64,000 bases of DNA from a candidate division FCPU426 bacterium (GCA_963719085.1 CAVRAL010000005.1:96001-160000), one strand, 5' to 3'. Shown: positions 1 to 9,850, numbered from the stretch's first letter. Numbers and translations: made by a program. The notes: generated by a model from the sequence alone, not told the origin.

Positions 1-250
1 ACTCGCACTTGAGCAAAACCGGATTCATGTCCACGTGCGGTTCAATGCCGCAGGCTTCGGCTTGGGCGGCTTGGGCCCGGCCAATCTCAAACCCCTCAGC
101 GGTCACGAAAGAATTCAAGGCCATATTCTGCGCCTTGAAAGGCGCGACCTTGACCCCCTGCCGGTAAAAGTAGCGGCACAAGGCCGCCGTCACCAGGCTT
201 TTACCGACCGAAGAGGCCGTCCCTTGAATCATCAGGGTGCGGGCCAGCAT
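1..250 (-). CDS. cobQ: Cobyric acid synthase, N-terminal part (runs off window edge)
   Basis: Not in the ORF track. Manual translation from ATG at 250 gives [26 protein letters not shown]...[13 protein letters not shown]...EIGRAQ, the CobQ/CbiP N-terminus. Start overlaps the cobO stop (TAATG). Confidence 0.93.
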   Translation of the reverse strand, partial: MLARTLMIQGTASSVGKSLVTAALCRYFYRQGVKVAPFKAQNMALNSFVTAEGFEIGRAQAAQAEACGIEPHVDMNPVLLKCE

Positions 251-837
251 TAAAAATCGACTCCCGGTTTGGCGGGCCAGCCTTCATCAAATGGATGTTT
301 TACTTTTTTCATTTCAGTCACAAGATCGGCCATTGCCAAAAGTTCGGGCGGGGCGTTGCGCCCCGTCAAAACCACGGTTAAATTTTTCGGGCGGTCCCGC
401 AGGGCTTCTAAAACCTCGGACAGGGGTAAAAAACCATGCTGAAAGGTGTAGGTCATCTCATCCAAAACCAAAAGAAAGTATTCTCCCGAAGTCATCAAGC
501 CCTTCGCCTTTTCCCAAGCCGCCCGGGCCGCCGCCTTGTCGATGTTTAAATCCTGGCTTTCCCAAGTAAACCCTTCCCCCATCGTGGAAAAGTCAAGTTC
601 GGCAAGCCCCGGGGTTGAGCTCAAGACCCCGGCAAAATCCCTTTCCCCGGTCTTCCATTTGCCTTTAATGAATTGAACCACGGCTACTTTTTCACGGCGG
701 CCCAGCGCCCGAAAAACCATGCCTAAAGCCGCGGTCGTCTTACCCTTGCCTTCGCCGGTATAAACCACCAGCAGGCCTTTTTCGATGATGTCTTTGGCGG
801 TTTTCCGGGTCTCACTCACGATAGTTTCTTTCCCCAA
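250..837 (-). CDS. cobO: Cob(I)alamin adenosyltransferase (CobO/BtuR)
   Basis: [27 protein letters not shown] and C-terminal KHPFDEG..AKPGVDF motifs. True start may be a few codons downstream. Confidence 0.95.
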   Translation of the reverse strand: MGKETIVSETRKTAKDIIEKGLLVVYTGEGKGKTTAALGMVFRALGRREKVAVVQFIKGKWKTGERDFAGVLSSTPGLAELDFSTMGEGFTWESQDLNIDKAAARAAWEKAKGLMTSGEYFLLVLDEMTYTFQHGFLPLSEVLEALRDRPKNLTVVLTGRNAPPELLAMADLVTEMKKVKHPFDEGWPAKPGVDF

Positions 838-1478
838 CGGTCATAAAAAACCAGGTCCGACTTGGGGATTTCGGGAAGCCATTTGGCGGTTTTAAGCTCC
901 GGCTCGGGCGCGAAAACATCGGTATACCCCACGCAAAGATAAGCCACCGGCACCACACCCTCCGGTAATTCCAGGATGGCGGAAAGTTCTTCCGGTTTGA
1001 TGATGCTGACCCAGCCCACCCCCACCCCCTCGCAACGGGCGGCTAGCCAAAGATTTTGGACGGCACAAACCGCGCTATAAAGATCCATTTCAGGCTGGCA
1101 GGTGCGGCCCAACACCACCGGGCCAAAGCGGTTACGGTCGCAGGTCACGCAGATATTAAGGGCCGAATCCAAAATGCCCTCAAGTTTGAGCGTGGAATAT
1201 TTTTCGGCCCGTTCGTCTTGGAATAATTTTTGGGCTTCGGCGTTCGCGCGGCTGAAAGCTTCTTTGACTTGGGTCCGGATGGCGGAATCAGAAATAAGGA
1301 TGAGGTTCCAAGGTTGGCTGTAGCCTACCGAAGGGGCTTGGAGGGCGGCCTGAACTAATCGGGCCAAGACTTCCGGTGGAATCGGGTCTTTTTTAAACCG
1401 GCGCACGTCCCGCCGTTCCCGGATGACCCGGTAAACCGCGTCCCGCTCTTCGGGACTATAAGAGGCCTGAGGTTCCAT
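816..1478 (-). CDS. bluB: 5,6-dimethylbenzimidazole synthase
   Basis: Nitroreductase fold with RRDVR, APSVGYSQPW, LKLEGI, CAVQNLWLAAR and GVGWVS; cob context. ATG 1478 has a GGGGAAGG SD. Confidence 0.93.
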   Translation of the reverse strand: MEPQASYSPEERDAVYRVIRERRDVRRFKKDPIPPEVLARLVQAALQAPSVGYSQPWNLILISDSAIRTQVKEAFSRANAEAQKLFQDERAEKYSTLKLEGILDSALNICVTCDRNRFGPVVLGRTCQPEMDLYSAVCAVQNLWLAARCEGVGVGWVSIIKPEELSAILELPEGVVPVAYLCVGYTDVFAPEPELKTAKWLPEIPKSDLVFYDRWGKKLS

Positions 1479-1484
1479 ATTCAT

Positions 1485-1519
1485 CCTTCCCCTGGGGGTC
1501 AGGCTTTTTCAGGGGAAGG
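1485..1519 (-). promoter_or_regulatory. SD-sequestering hairpin of bluB (probable riboswitch expression platform)
   Basis: CCTTCCCCTG pairs perfectly (10 bp) with CAGGGGAAGG, which contains the bluB Shine-Dalgarno. Confidence 0.7.
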
Positions 1520-1584
1520 GGTGGTGAGCTTTTATAAAAAAGGCTCTCCGCCGCTTCTTACACCCGAAGAAGCCGACAATAAAG

Positions 1585-1830
1585 CTCAAGGCCGGTCTCC
1601 TGGCTTGAAAGCTTGCCCTCCGCCTTCCCAGGCTTTTGCCCAGTGGCCGCCTCTTTAAAAAAGAGGCCCGGACGACAATTAGCTTTCTCACAGTGGCGGG
1701 TCCGCGTATCGCCTTCTTTTCAGTTACTTCCTGAAGACGATATGTTCCGTCCCCGGACTTTAAATCCAGGGACTTCACAACCGGAATTTCACCGGCTTCC
1801 CAAACACCTTGAACGATGGTGCCTTGATAC
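1585..1830 (-). promoter_or_regulatory. Cobalamin riboswitch
   Basis: Minus strand reads GGGAAGCCGGTGAAATTCCGG ... GCGGACCCGCCACTGTGA ... GCCACTGGG...CTGGGAAGG ... AAGCCAGGAGACCGGCC (B12 box), directly upstream of bluB. Confidence 0.92.
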
Positions 1831-1848
1831 TCCGGTTTTAAGGGGAAG

Positions 1849-2862
1849 TCAATTAAGAAGGTAGGTGCGCTTGCGAAAGAGCAGAAATAACAATACCGGA
1901 ACGCCCAGGATGGCGGTCAGCACACCCACCGGAATTTCCGTGGGGCCAAAACAAGACCTTGCCGCGGTGTCGCATAGCATGAGAAAGGCCGCTCCCCCTA
2001 AGGCGCTGCAGATTAAAAGGAACCGGTGATCGTTGCCGACCCAAATGCGGAAAATATGGGGCACGATGAGCCCGACAAAAGCGATCGGCCCCGTCACCGC
2101 CACGACCGAACTGGTCAAGAGCGAGGCCGCCAACACGCTGAGCACAATGGTTCGAAAAGCCGGCACGCCCTTGACCTGGGCCATCTCCTCGCCCGCGGCT
2201 AAAAGGTTCAAATCCCGGCCGAGGGCGAAAAGAAATAAAAGAATCACGGCTTCCAGCACGGCCAGCCTCACCACCGAACTCCACTCCACCACATCCAAAC
2301 TTCCCATGAGCCAATGCATCATGGCGTAACTTTGGGTGAAATCGGCGAGGAAATAAAAGAGCAGCACGAGGGCGTTGAAAAAATAGTTGATCCCCACCCC
2401 GGCCAAAAGCAGGGTGATGGCCGAATAAGACCGGATCACCGCGGCCAATAGGTAAACCAAGGCCACCGAAAGCAGCGCGCCCGCGAAGGCGAATAGGGTC
2501 ACCCAGGAAAATCCAAACCAATCCGCCGTCAACCCCAACGCCAGGGCCGCGACCGCGCCGAAAGAGCTTCCCCCCGCCACGCCCAAGGTAAAGGGGCAAG
2601 CCAAAGGATTTCGCAGCACCGCCTGGAAAACCACCCCCGCCGACGCCATGGCCGCCCCCGTGAGCCCGGCTAAAAAAACCCGGGGCAGGCGGACCGCGAA
2701 AAATATTTGCGCGTCCTGGTTATAAGGGTCCGGCGGCCAGCTTTGAAAAACAGAATGGAATGAAAGTTTCGCGGAACCCAAGAGCGGGCATACCAAAAGA
2801 GCGGCCAAAAAAAATAGCGCGGTCAAAAACAGCACGCCGCCCTTAAGGGCCCCGGTTTTCAC
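1849..2862 (-). CDS. FecCD/BtuC-family ABC permease (probably cobalamin uptake)
   Basis: VRLPRV, FQAVLRNPLA, GPIAFVGLIVPH and EIPVGVLTAILG motifs; lies next to cob genes. Confidence 0.92.
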   Translation of the reverse strand: MKTGALKGGVLFLTALFFLAALLVCPLLGSAKLSFHSVFQSWPPDPYNQDAQIFFAVRLPRVFLAGLTGAAMASAGVVFQAVLRNPLACPFTLGVAGGSSFGAVAALALGLTADWFGFSWVTLFAFAGALLSVALVYLLAAVIRSYSAITLLLAGVGINYFFNALVLLFYFLADFTQSYAMMHWLMGSLDVVEWSSVVRLAVLEAVILLFLFALGRDLNLLAAGEEMAQVKGVPAFRTIVLSVLAASLLTSSVVAVTGPIAFVGLIVPHIFRIWVGNDHRFLLICSALGGAAFLMLCDTAARSCFGPTEIPVGVLTAILGVPVLLFLLFRKRTYLLN

Positions 2863-3657
2863 GCGAGTTCCGCTTGGTTCGGTTTAGGCACGAAGTAAGG
2901 CGCCCCGCCCTGCCGCCGGACCTTCTCAACTTCCACGCCGTGAACCGCCTTGATCCGGCCGGGGGTCAAGACCTGTCCGGGGGACCCTTCGGCCACCACC
3001 TTGCCCCGGCGCATCAAAACCAGCCGCCTCAAATATTGTCCGGCCAAATTCATCTCATGGGTGGCCACCACCACGCTCACGCCTTCTTCCCGATGAAGCT
3101 TTTGGATGATCTCAAATAAAAGAATTTGGTGGGCCAAATCCAGCGACAAGGTGGGCTCATCCAGCAGCAAAACCTCCGGCGTTTGGGCCAAAGCCGAAGC
3201 CAGCAAAACCCTTTGCCGCTCCCCGCCGGATAGTTGCTCGTAAGATCTTTCGCGAAATTCCCAGGCGTCGCAAAGTTTTAGCGCCCTTTCGCAAATGGAT
3301 CGGTCTTTGGAGCCCAATGGCTCAAATCGCCCCAAATAGGGATGCCTTCCCATTTCGACGATTTCCTTGACCGAAAGCGGAAATTGGAAATGAACCGATT
3401 GGGGCACGAAAGCGATTTTCCGGGCCCTTTCCCGGACCGAAAGATCGGTCAAGGATTCACCCTCGAATAAAACCTTTCCCGCGCCGGGCCTCAAGAGCCC
3501 CGCCAATAGGCGCAAAAGGGTCGACTTCCCGGCGCCATTCGGGCCCAAGAGCCCGAGCAAAGCGCCCTTGTCCATCGAAAGGTTAATCGCGCTGAGTCTC
3601 AAATTGGGTGTGGTCGGGATATCGGAATGAAAGCTTTTGAATTTGAAAAAGGGGCAA
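2859..3657 (-). CDS. BtuD/FecE-family ABC ATPase (apparent frameshift near 3600)
   Basis: GPNGAGKST, LSGGERQR, LLLDEPT. The N-terminal strand (MPLFQIQKLSFRYP, TTG 3657) is in a different frame from the ORF that starts at 3602. Confidence 0.88.
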
Positions 3658-3791
3658 GGGTTCCCGCTTCAAAAATGGTTTGTTGAGGTGGGTTAGTTTA
3701 GAAAGCTTTTAAAAACGCGTCAACTTATAGCTGGAACCCCAAATTCCGCTTAAAATACCCGCAAGCTATTAAGAGCCTCTAACAAAAACCA

Positions 3792-3889
3792 ATTTAACAA
3801 TGATAAACGCTGATGAACGCGGGAATGAAATATCTTAAATCCTATGATTTTCCCAAATCTGCGTTCATCAGCGTTCATCATTGTTAAAT
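3792..3889. repeat. Intergenic inverted repeat (29-bp arms, 1 mismatch)
   Basis: ATTTAACAATGATAAACGCTGATGAACGC (3792-3820) versus GCGTTCATCAGCGTTCATCATTGTTAAAT (3861-3889). Confidence 0.9.
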
Positions 3890-3928
3890 GCCTTTGAGTT
3901 TTTTGGGGGGATTCTAAGAAAGGCCTAC

Positions 3929-4396
3929 ATGAAATTCCGAATCAGCGGTTTGATCCTTTTACTCACGCTCGTTGGCTGCTCCCCGAAACCCATGACGAAC
4001 GGCAGTCTTTACAACAAGGCCCAAGGACCGGCGGGCGGCACCCTGCTCTTAGGGACCTTTCAGGGCACCCTTCCTTGCGCCGATTGTCCCGGCATCCTGA
4101 CCGAACTATCCCTTTACCATCCTAACCTCTATACGGACGAGGGAACCTATGTTTTAAAGCTGACCACTCTTGACCGTGATGTGAAGCCCCTCGTGGCCCA
4201 GGGCGAATGGACGATTTTGCGCGGCGACGCCGCCGATGAAAACGCCTCGGTTTACCAGCTGGAGCCCGACCACCCGGAAAAATCGACTTATTACCTGCGG
4301 GTTAACTCGAACGAACTACGGCAATTGGATAAGGACGAAAAAGAGATGACCTCGAAGCTTAACTTCACCTTGAAAAGGGTGCCGTCCGGACTATAA
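3929..4396 (+). CDS. NlpE/CutF N-terminal-domain lipoprotein
   Basis: Lipobox LVGC and GTLPCADCPGI motif. Confidence 0.88.
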   Translation: MKFRISGLILLLTLVGCSPKPMTNGSLYNKAQGPAGGTLLLGTFQGTLPCADCPGILTELSLYHPNLYTDEGTYVLKLTTLDRDVKPLVAQGEWTILRGDAADENASVYQLEPDHPEKSTYYLRVNSNELRQLDKDEKEMTSKLNFTLKRVPSGL

Positions 4397-4439
4397 TTTC
4401 AACCATCGCCGACTTCCATTTTATTTAAAAGGGGCTTTT

Positions 4440-5498
4440 ATGAAAAAGTGGCTATTTCTACTCGCGGTTATCACTTCTATTCCAGCGGCTGTCCTCGCTT
4501 CGGACGCCGGTGATTATTACACCGCCGGATTGCATTACTACCAACAGGGCCAAAACGACCAGGCCATTCAATATTGCCAAAACGCTATTCAGGCCGATCC
4601 TAACTTTTGGCAGGCCTACCAAGTGCTCGGCTATTGTTATTACGCCGAGAAGAACAACGCCCAAGCCATTCTGGCCTTGGACAAAAGCCTCGAGATAAAT
4701 CCCAACAATCCCCAGTTACAGCAATTCGACAATCAACTTCATGCCGCTAATCCGGCCCCGGCCGCGGTCGCGCCCTCCGCCTCACCGCAAACCACCGCGT
4801 CTGATGCTCCGATGCCGCCCGCCTCCCTCAGCACGTCATCCTTTACCAACACGCCTTCCCGCAACCGCAATCTGCCGAAAGCCGGGAGCTTTAATCTCGA
4901 GGGAACCGTGGCCTATGTTTATCCCGGCTACCAGGATTTGACCGACTTTTATGGCAACGCTTATTTCACCGGCATCGAGGAAGCCGTTGAGTTGAACTTA
5001 GGCGGCGCCTACTCCCTCTCGCCCAACCTCCAGTTGGACGCGCTCTTTGAATTCGGCGGCAAAATCCCGGTCGACGTGGCGGATTATGGTACGGGAGACA
5101 ACGAGGAATGGGACGAGTACTATATCGGCGGAGCCGCGGGCCTCAATATTCTCCTACCCATTTCCGATGGCACGAATTTCGTCTTGCACGGCGAGGGCGG
5201 CTATTACGCCCTGGTCGGAAGCAGCATCACCTACAGTGGATTTGACGATGGCACCGTCAACTTAGACGGCTCGGGCCCAGGTTTCGCGGTCGCGGCGGGT
5301 TTGGAATTTTTAATGAACCGGCAAAAAAACTGGGCCATCGACATCGAGCTGGGTTACCGCTACTTGAAGTTTTCTCCAGTTACCGGAAACGGGGAGATTA
5401 ATGGAAATCCAGTTTCAGGCACCCTCACCAACGCCGACAACACCGACGCCTCGATCGATTTCTCGGGCCCCCGTTTGAGCGCGGGAGTCAGGCTCTAA
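4440..5498 (+). CDS. Secreted TPR protein with C-terminal outer-membrane beta-barrel
   Basis: Signal peptide, TPR helices (AYQVLGYCYY..ALDKSLEINPNN), Pro/Ala linker, then alternating strands ending SAGVRL. Confidence 0.75.
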   Translation: MKKWLFLLAVITSIPAAVLASDAGDYYTAGLHYYQQGQNDQAIQYCQNAIQADPNFWQAYQVLGYCYYAEKNNAQAILALDKSLEINPNNPQLQQFDNQLHAANPAPAAVAPSASPQTTASDAPMPPASLSTSSFTNTPSRNRNLPKAGSFNLEGTVAYVYPGYQDLTDFYGNAYFTGIEEAVELNLGGAYSLSPNLQLDALFEFGGKIPVDVADYGTGDNEEWDEYYIGGAAGLNILLPISDGTNFVLHGEGGYYALVGSSITYSGFDDGTVNLDGSGPGFAVAAGLEFLMNRQKNWAIDIELGYRYLKFSPVTGNGEINGNPVSGTLTNADNTDASIDFSGPRLSAGVRL

Positions 5499-5536
5499 GT
5501 TCAGCGGCAAAGTTTCTTTTCGATCCATTCACATTC

Positions 5537-5565
5537 AAGGCGCGGCCCCAGCCGCGCCTTTTTTA
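5537..5565 (+). terminator. Intrinsic terminator
   Basis: AAGGCGCGGC-CCCA-GCCGCGCCTT followed by a T run. Confidence 0.8.
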
Positions 5566-5593
5566 TTGGCCACGCTTTGAAAAAATCAGGAAG

Positions 5594-6466
5594 TTATGCT
5601 TCTTTCACGACCCGGGTGGAACAAATCCGGTTTTGCAGGGTGAAGAGCGATAAAAATTCCACCGCGCAGCGGGCCAGCGCCATTTCATAGGAAACCGCGG
5701 AACCGTCCTGATTCACCACCTTCAAATGAAAGGCCAATTTCCCCGCAGTAGCGCCATAGCGTCCGGTAAAAAAAACGCTGTAAAACAAGGTCAAGCCAAT
5801 GCCCCAAAGCAGATTCGGACCCAAGGGATCCAATAGGCCTCCTGTCCCCGTCGGTTTTCCTCCATTAAACAAGAGTCCGATGACCGGCACTTGGACCATC
5901 AGAAAAAAAAGAATCAGCAAGATCAAGTCCATCATTTTGGCCGCCGCCCTTGAACCCCAACCCGCTTTCGCCAGTCCCGAATCGGCCATAATTTCCTCGC
6001 GGAGCTTTTGAAAAAAAGCGGGCTTACAACCTTCGCAAACCCAAACCTCCTCGTAAGTAATCATCTCTTCTTCGGGAAAAATTTTTCCGCATTGGTCACA
6101 AGCGTGTCGAATAATCTCTTGTTCCACAACGGCCGGCGTCAAAGGTTTATCAGCGGGGCCGTCCAGAGCCTGGATTTTCGGGGGGGCGTTGTCCGGTTTT
6201 TCTTCTGGTTGGGATGCCGCCGCCTTCACTTTGGCCAGGGCCAGTTCCAAATCCGAGGTGTCAAAATTAATGGCTTTCCCCGGGGAAGCAGTCTCCACTT
6301 CGGTTATAAAGTCCGCGTCGACTTCCCCATAATCTTTCCAATCCCCCATCCCTTCCTTCCAAACGGAAGTTTGAGGGGTAATCTCGCCTTCCGCCACCAG
6401 GGCCTTGAATTTGGCCTCCGGTATCGGCCCCAGAGATTGACCGTCTTTTGAATAATAAAAGTCCAT
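5594..6466 (-). CDS. GYF_2 (DUF4339) / zinc-ribbon / RDD membrane protein
   Basis: N-terminal GQSLGP...VWKEGMGDW, CDQC...CEGC, and RDD-type RAAAKMMD...GATAGK motifs. Confidence 0.8.
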   Translation of the reverse strand: MDFYYSKDGQSLGPIPEAKFKALVAEGEITPQTSVWKEGMGDWKDYGEVDADFITEVETASPGKAINFDTSDLELALAKVKAAASQPEEKPDNAPPKIQALDGPADKPLTPAVVEQEIIRHACDQCGKIFPEEEMITYEEVWVCEGCKPAFFQKLREEIMADSGLAKAGWGSRAAAKMMDLILLILFFLMVQVPVIGLLFNGGKPTGTGGLLDPLGPNLLWGIGLTLFYSVFFTGRYGATAGKLAFHLKVVNQDGSAVSYEMALARCAVEFLSLFTLQNRICSTRVVKEA

Positions 6467-6632
6467 GCCGAAACCTTTTCGCCCAAAATGGAGTCAAAAC
6501 GATAGGTATTATATCAACTTGATCTTCGGGACTCCCGAAATTCATCGCCTGCGGGATTTTTTGATACGCCGGTCTTTTGTTTTTAAAATGAAATGCCTTA
6601 TTCTTTAATAAGCCTTTATCCGGAAGGAACCT

Positions 6633-7580
6633 ATGAAAACCCAAGCCATCGCTTCAGGCCTATTGGCAGCGGCTTTTATGCTGATCATCGCCGGCTGTAC
6701 TACCAACGACAGCCCCACCGTCACCGGCGGGCTTAACATCAGCGGCTCCAACCCTCCGGGCGGCCCCCTGACCCTCAGCGCCTTCGCCACCATTGGCAGC
6801 ACCGCCACCTTCCAGGATCCGGACGGCATTCAATATACCAACGGCAATTTATGGATAGCCGATGGAGTCAAGAACAACCTTCAAGAATGGACCACCAGCG
6901 GCGCCGGCCCCGTCACCACCCTGTCCAGTTACGCCGCGGGCGTGTCCACCTTTTTCTCCCCGGAAGAGGTCAGCCGTGATCCCGCCAGCGGAAACATTTA
7001 TCTGGCGGACCCCGGCAACAGCCAAATCGAGGTTTTTAATTCCACCGGGGGGTATCTCGCCTCGCTTTCCAGCGGATTGTCGGGCGCCCTGCCCACGGGG
7101 GTCGCCGTCAATTCGGCGGGCACCACGGTTTATGTGGCCGGAAATTTCTCCGATACGGTTTACGTCTACTCCATTTCCGCGGGCCCTTCCTTTTTACCTG
7201 TGACAACCTTCGGTGCCAGCGGAACCACGGGAACCACCTTGAGTAATCCCCAAAATATCCATTTGGACTCCAGCGGAAATGTCTGGGTCGCGGATTTGGG
7301 CAATCAGCGCCTGGCCGAGTTTAGCGCCGCCGGAACCTTTACAAAATCCATCACCGGTACCAGCGGATTCTCGCCCGCGGATTTCGCTTTCGACTCGAGC
7401 GGCAATCTTTACGCCACCGACACCAACACCAGCACGATTATTGAGTTTAATAAAGCGGGCACACAGATCAGCCAGGCGGGCGCCGGAATCCTGAGTAATC
7501 CCCAAGCGATTACAGGCGACGGGAGCGGGACCTTTTACGTGGCCGACACCAATAACAGCCGGATCATCGCGTTTCATTAA
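6633..7580 (+). CDS. NHL-repeat beta-propeller lipoprotein
   Basis: Lipobox IAGC; repeated P.gia.D.sGn.yVAD.gN.RI units. Confidence 0.88.
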   Translation: MKTQAIASGLLAAAFMLIIAGCTTNDSPTVTGGLNISGSNPPGGPLTLSAFATIGSTATFQDPDGIQYTNGNLWIADGVKNNLQEWTTSGAGPVTTLSSYAAGVSTFFSPEEVSRDPASGNIYLADPGNSQIEVFNSTGGYLASLSSGLSGALPTGVAVNSAGTTVYVAGNFSDTVYVYSISAGPSFLPVTTFGASGTTGTTLSNPQNIHLDSSGNVWVADLGNQRLAEFSAAGTFTKSITGTSGFSPADFAFDSSGNLYATDTNTSTIIEFNKAGTQISQAGAGILSNPQAITGDGSGTFYVADTNNSRIIAFH

Positions 7581-7590
7581 GCCGGCCGCG

Positions 7591-7626
7591 AAAAAGCCCC
7601 GCCTTTCCCAAGGCCGGGGGCTTTTT
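7591..7626. terminator. Bidirectional terminator
   Basis: AAAAAGCCCC...GGGGCTTTTT between convergent genes. Confidence 0.7.
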
Positions 7627-7630
7627 GATT

Positions 7631-8971
7631 TCAGACGATGACTTGAGAGCTTTTCGCGGCCTCGGCGTAGAAAAAACCTGAATCCTTCACCGTCCGCTTT
7701 TGTGTCTTGAAATCAACATGCGTGATCCCGAATTGCGGTCCGTAGCCGTAAGCCCACTCAAAATTGTCCATGAAAGTCCAAACGAAATAACCCCGAAGAT
7801 CCACTCCCTTTTCCAGCGCTTCCCCCGCCGCCGCCAAGTAACGTTTTAAATAATCAACCCGGGCCCCGTCATGGAGCTTTCCGTCGTCCCCCGGTTTTTC
7901 ATTGAAGTAAGCCGCGCCGTTTTCCGAAATATAATAGGGCCTTTTCCCATAGCGCTTATCCAGCTCCAAAAGAACATCCCGAAGTCCCTCGGGATGGACC
8001 GGCCAGTCGAGCCCCGTTTTTTCCCGGAGATTCCGGTTTTTGGTCTCATTCCCATTCCCGTCATGGCCCCAAACCGTTGAAAAATAGTGGTTTACCGCCA
8101 GAAAATCGACAGGCTGCCGGATCAATTGAAAGTCTTCCGGAGAAACCCGCGGCGTGATTTTCTTTTGTTCCCAATCCGCCCAAAGCGAGGCCGGATACCG
8201 CCCCCAAAAGCAAGGCTCCAAATGCCAACCATTGGATTCCGTCCAGGCCCACTCGGCCCGCGCCTCATCCTTGGGTGTTTTAGTTTCGGCGTATTCCATG
8301 GAGACACTGGGCGCCAAGCCCAATTTGATTTTGGGATTCACGGCCCGTAAGGCTTGGACGGCCTTTCCATGGGCGGTTAAAAGATTATGTAAAACTTGAA
8401 GCGAGGTGGCTTTGTCCTTCACCCCCGGCGCGTGGACGCCGGATTCAAAACCGCAAATGGCCACGATATTCGGCTCGTTCAAAGTCATGAGGGCCGGCAC
8501 CCGGTCGCCCAAGGTCTTGGCCACGAGGGCCGCGTACTCCGCGAACCAGTCGCCGGTACGGCGGTTCAACCAACCGCCCGCGTCCTGAAGCGCCTGGGGC
8601 AGGTCCCAATGGTAAAGCGTGGCCGCCGGACTGATGCCCCGCGCTAAAAGCCCATCCACCAACCGGGAATAAAAATCCAAACCCTTTTGATTGATCGATC
8701 CCCGCCCTTGAGGGTAAATCCGGGGCCAGGCGATGGAAAAACGATAGGCGTTCAAATTCAACGACTTCATTAAATCCAGGTCCGATTCCCACCGGTGATA
8801 ATGATCGCAGGCCACGTCACCCGTGTGGCCGTCGCGCACCCGGCCTGGCGTGTGGGCGAAACGGTCCCAGATGGACTCGCCCCGGCCGTCCTCGTTCCAG
8901 GCTCCCTCAATTTGATAGGAAGCGGTGGCGGTTCCCCAAAGAAATCCCTTTGGAAATTTTCGTGTGGTCAT
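7631..8971 (-). CDS. GH1 beta-glucosidase
   Basis: FLWGTATASYQIEG, TLNEP (acid/base), ISENG (nucleophile), DNFEWAYG. Confidence 0.95.
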   Translation of the reverse strand: MTTRKFPKGFLWGTATASYQIEGAWNEDGRGESIWDRFAHTPGRVRDGHTGDVACDHYHRWESDLDLMKSLNLNAYRFSIAWPRIYPQGRGSINQKGLDFYSRLVDGLLARGISPAATLYHWDLPQALQDAGGWLNRRTGDWFAEYAALVAKTLGDRVPALMTLNEPNIVAICGFESGVHAPGVKDKATSLQVLHNLLTAHGKAVQALRAVNPKIKLGLAPSVSMEYAETKTPKDEARAEWAWTESNGWHLEPCFWGRYPASLWADWEQKKITPRVSPEDFQLIRQPVDFLAVNHYFSTVWGHDGNGNETKNRNLREKTGLDWPVHPEGLRDVLLELDKRYGKRPYYISENGAAYFNEKPGDDGKLHDGARVDYLKRYLAAAGEALEKGVDLRGYFVWTFMDNFEWAYGYGPQFGITHVDFKTQKRTVKDSGFFYAEAAKSSQVIV

Positions 8972-9007
8972 GGATTTTTCCTGAATCGGTTAAATGAGCG
9001 GATACAG

Positions 9008-9034
9008 AAAAGCCCTTCTCGAAGAAGGGCTTTT
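9008..9034 (-). terminator. Terminator-like hairpin between the SDR gene and the GH1 gene
   Basis: AAAAGCCCTTC-TCGAA-GAAGGGCTTTT. Confidence 0.7.
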
Positions 9035-9047
9035 GGAAAGACAGCCT

Positions 9048-9076
9048 ACGATAGTAGAGGAATTTAAACCCGTCAA
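9048..9076 (-). promoter_or_regulatory. Putative sigma70 promoter upstream of the GH1 gene
   Basis: TTGACG-17 bp-TATCGT on the minus strand. Confidence 0.5.
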
Positions 9077-9094
9077 GGTCGGCGCGTTGAGCGC

Positions 9095-9850
9095 CTAACC
9101 CTTTGAAGGATTCAAGATTCCAAAGGCGAAACTGGGTGATAGGCGGCTCATCAGCTTGAGCATTTTGGATTGGCCGATCGGCAGCTCGGTTTTCCCCGAT
9201 TCCAACGCCTTTAAGGTTTGGTCGATAAAAACATCCAATTTCATCTTGGGATATTCAAAGGACGAGGGCCCTTCGGCCTTACCCAGGTCGGATTCCACGG
9301 CCGGGGGGGCCAGCTCAATCACCCGGACCGAACTATGGCGCAATTGGTGCCGCAGGCTCATCGTAAAGGAATGCACGGCGGCTTTAGTGGCGCAATAGAT
9401 TGGGCTCATGGAAAGCGGCATGTAGGCAAGACCCGAGCTCACATTGATCAAAGTCGCCTCCGGCTGGCTGGATAATAAGGGCAAAAAAGCCGCCGTCATC
9501 CGGATCAGGCCCTTCACGTTGATTTCAATCTCATCAAAAAGACGCCCATCCAGGGTTTCGGGTTTGGTGAAGTCGGGCCATTGCATGATGCCGGCGTTGT
9601 TCACCAATAGATCCAGCTGGGGGTGATTTTGGGAAATCCATCCGGCCAGTTGTTGAACATCCGCCTCTTTGGCCACATCCATCGTGTAGGTCAGCATTCC
9701 GGGGTATTTTGCCGCGAAACTTTTAAGCACCTCTTCCCGCCGTCCCGTAATGATAACCTGGTTGCCTTTGGCGTGCAGCGCCGCCGCCAAACCGCTTCCC
9801 AAGCCCGTACCTGCGCCCGTGATTAAAGCCGTGTGTCCCGTGAGTTTCAT
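9095..9850 (-). CDS. Short-chain dehydrogenase/reductase (DltE-like)
   Basis: TGAGTGLG, NNAG, YCATK; AGGAGG SD before ATG 9850. Confidence 0.92.
   Translation of the reverse strand: MKLTGHTALITGAGTGLGSGLAAALHAKGNQVIITGRREEVLKSFAAKYPGMLTYTMDVAKEADVQQLAGWISQNHPQLDLLVNNAGIMQWPDFTKPETLDGRLFDEIEINVKGLIRMTAAFLPLLSSQPEATLINVSSGLAYMPLSMSPIYCATKAAVHSFTMSLRHQLRHSSVRVIELAPPAVESDLGKAEGPSSFEYPKMKLDVFIDQTLKALESGKTELPIGQSKMLKLMSRLSPSFAFGILNPSKG

Noticed and set aside
1509..1864. 89-aa and 83-aa ORFs between the permease gene and bluB
   Set aside because: They overlap the cobalamin riboswitch and have no protein-like features.
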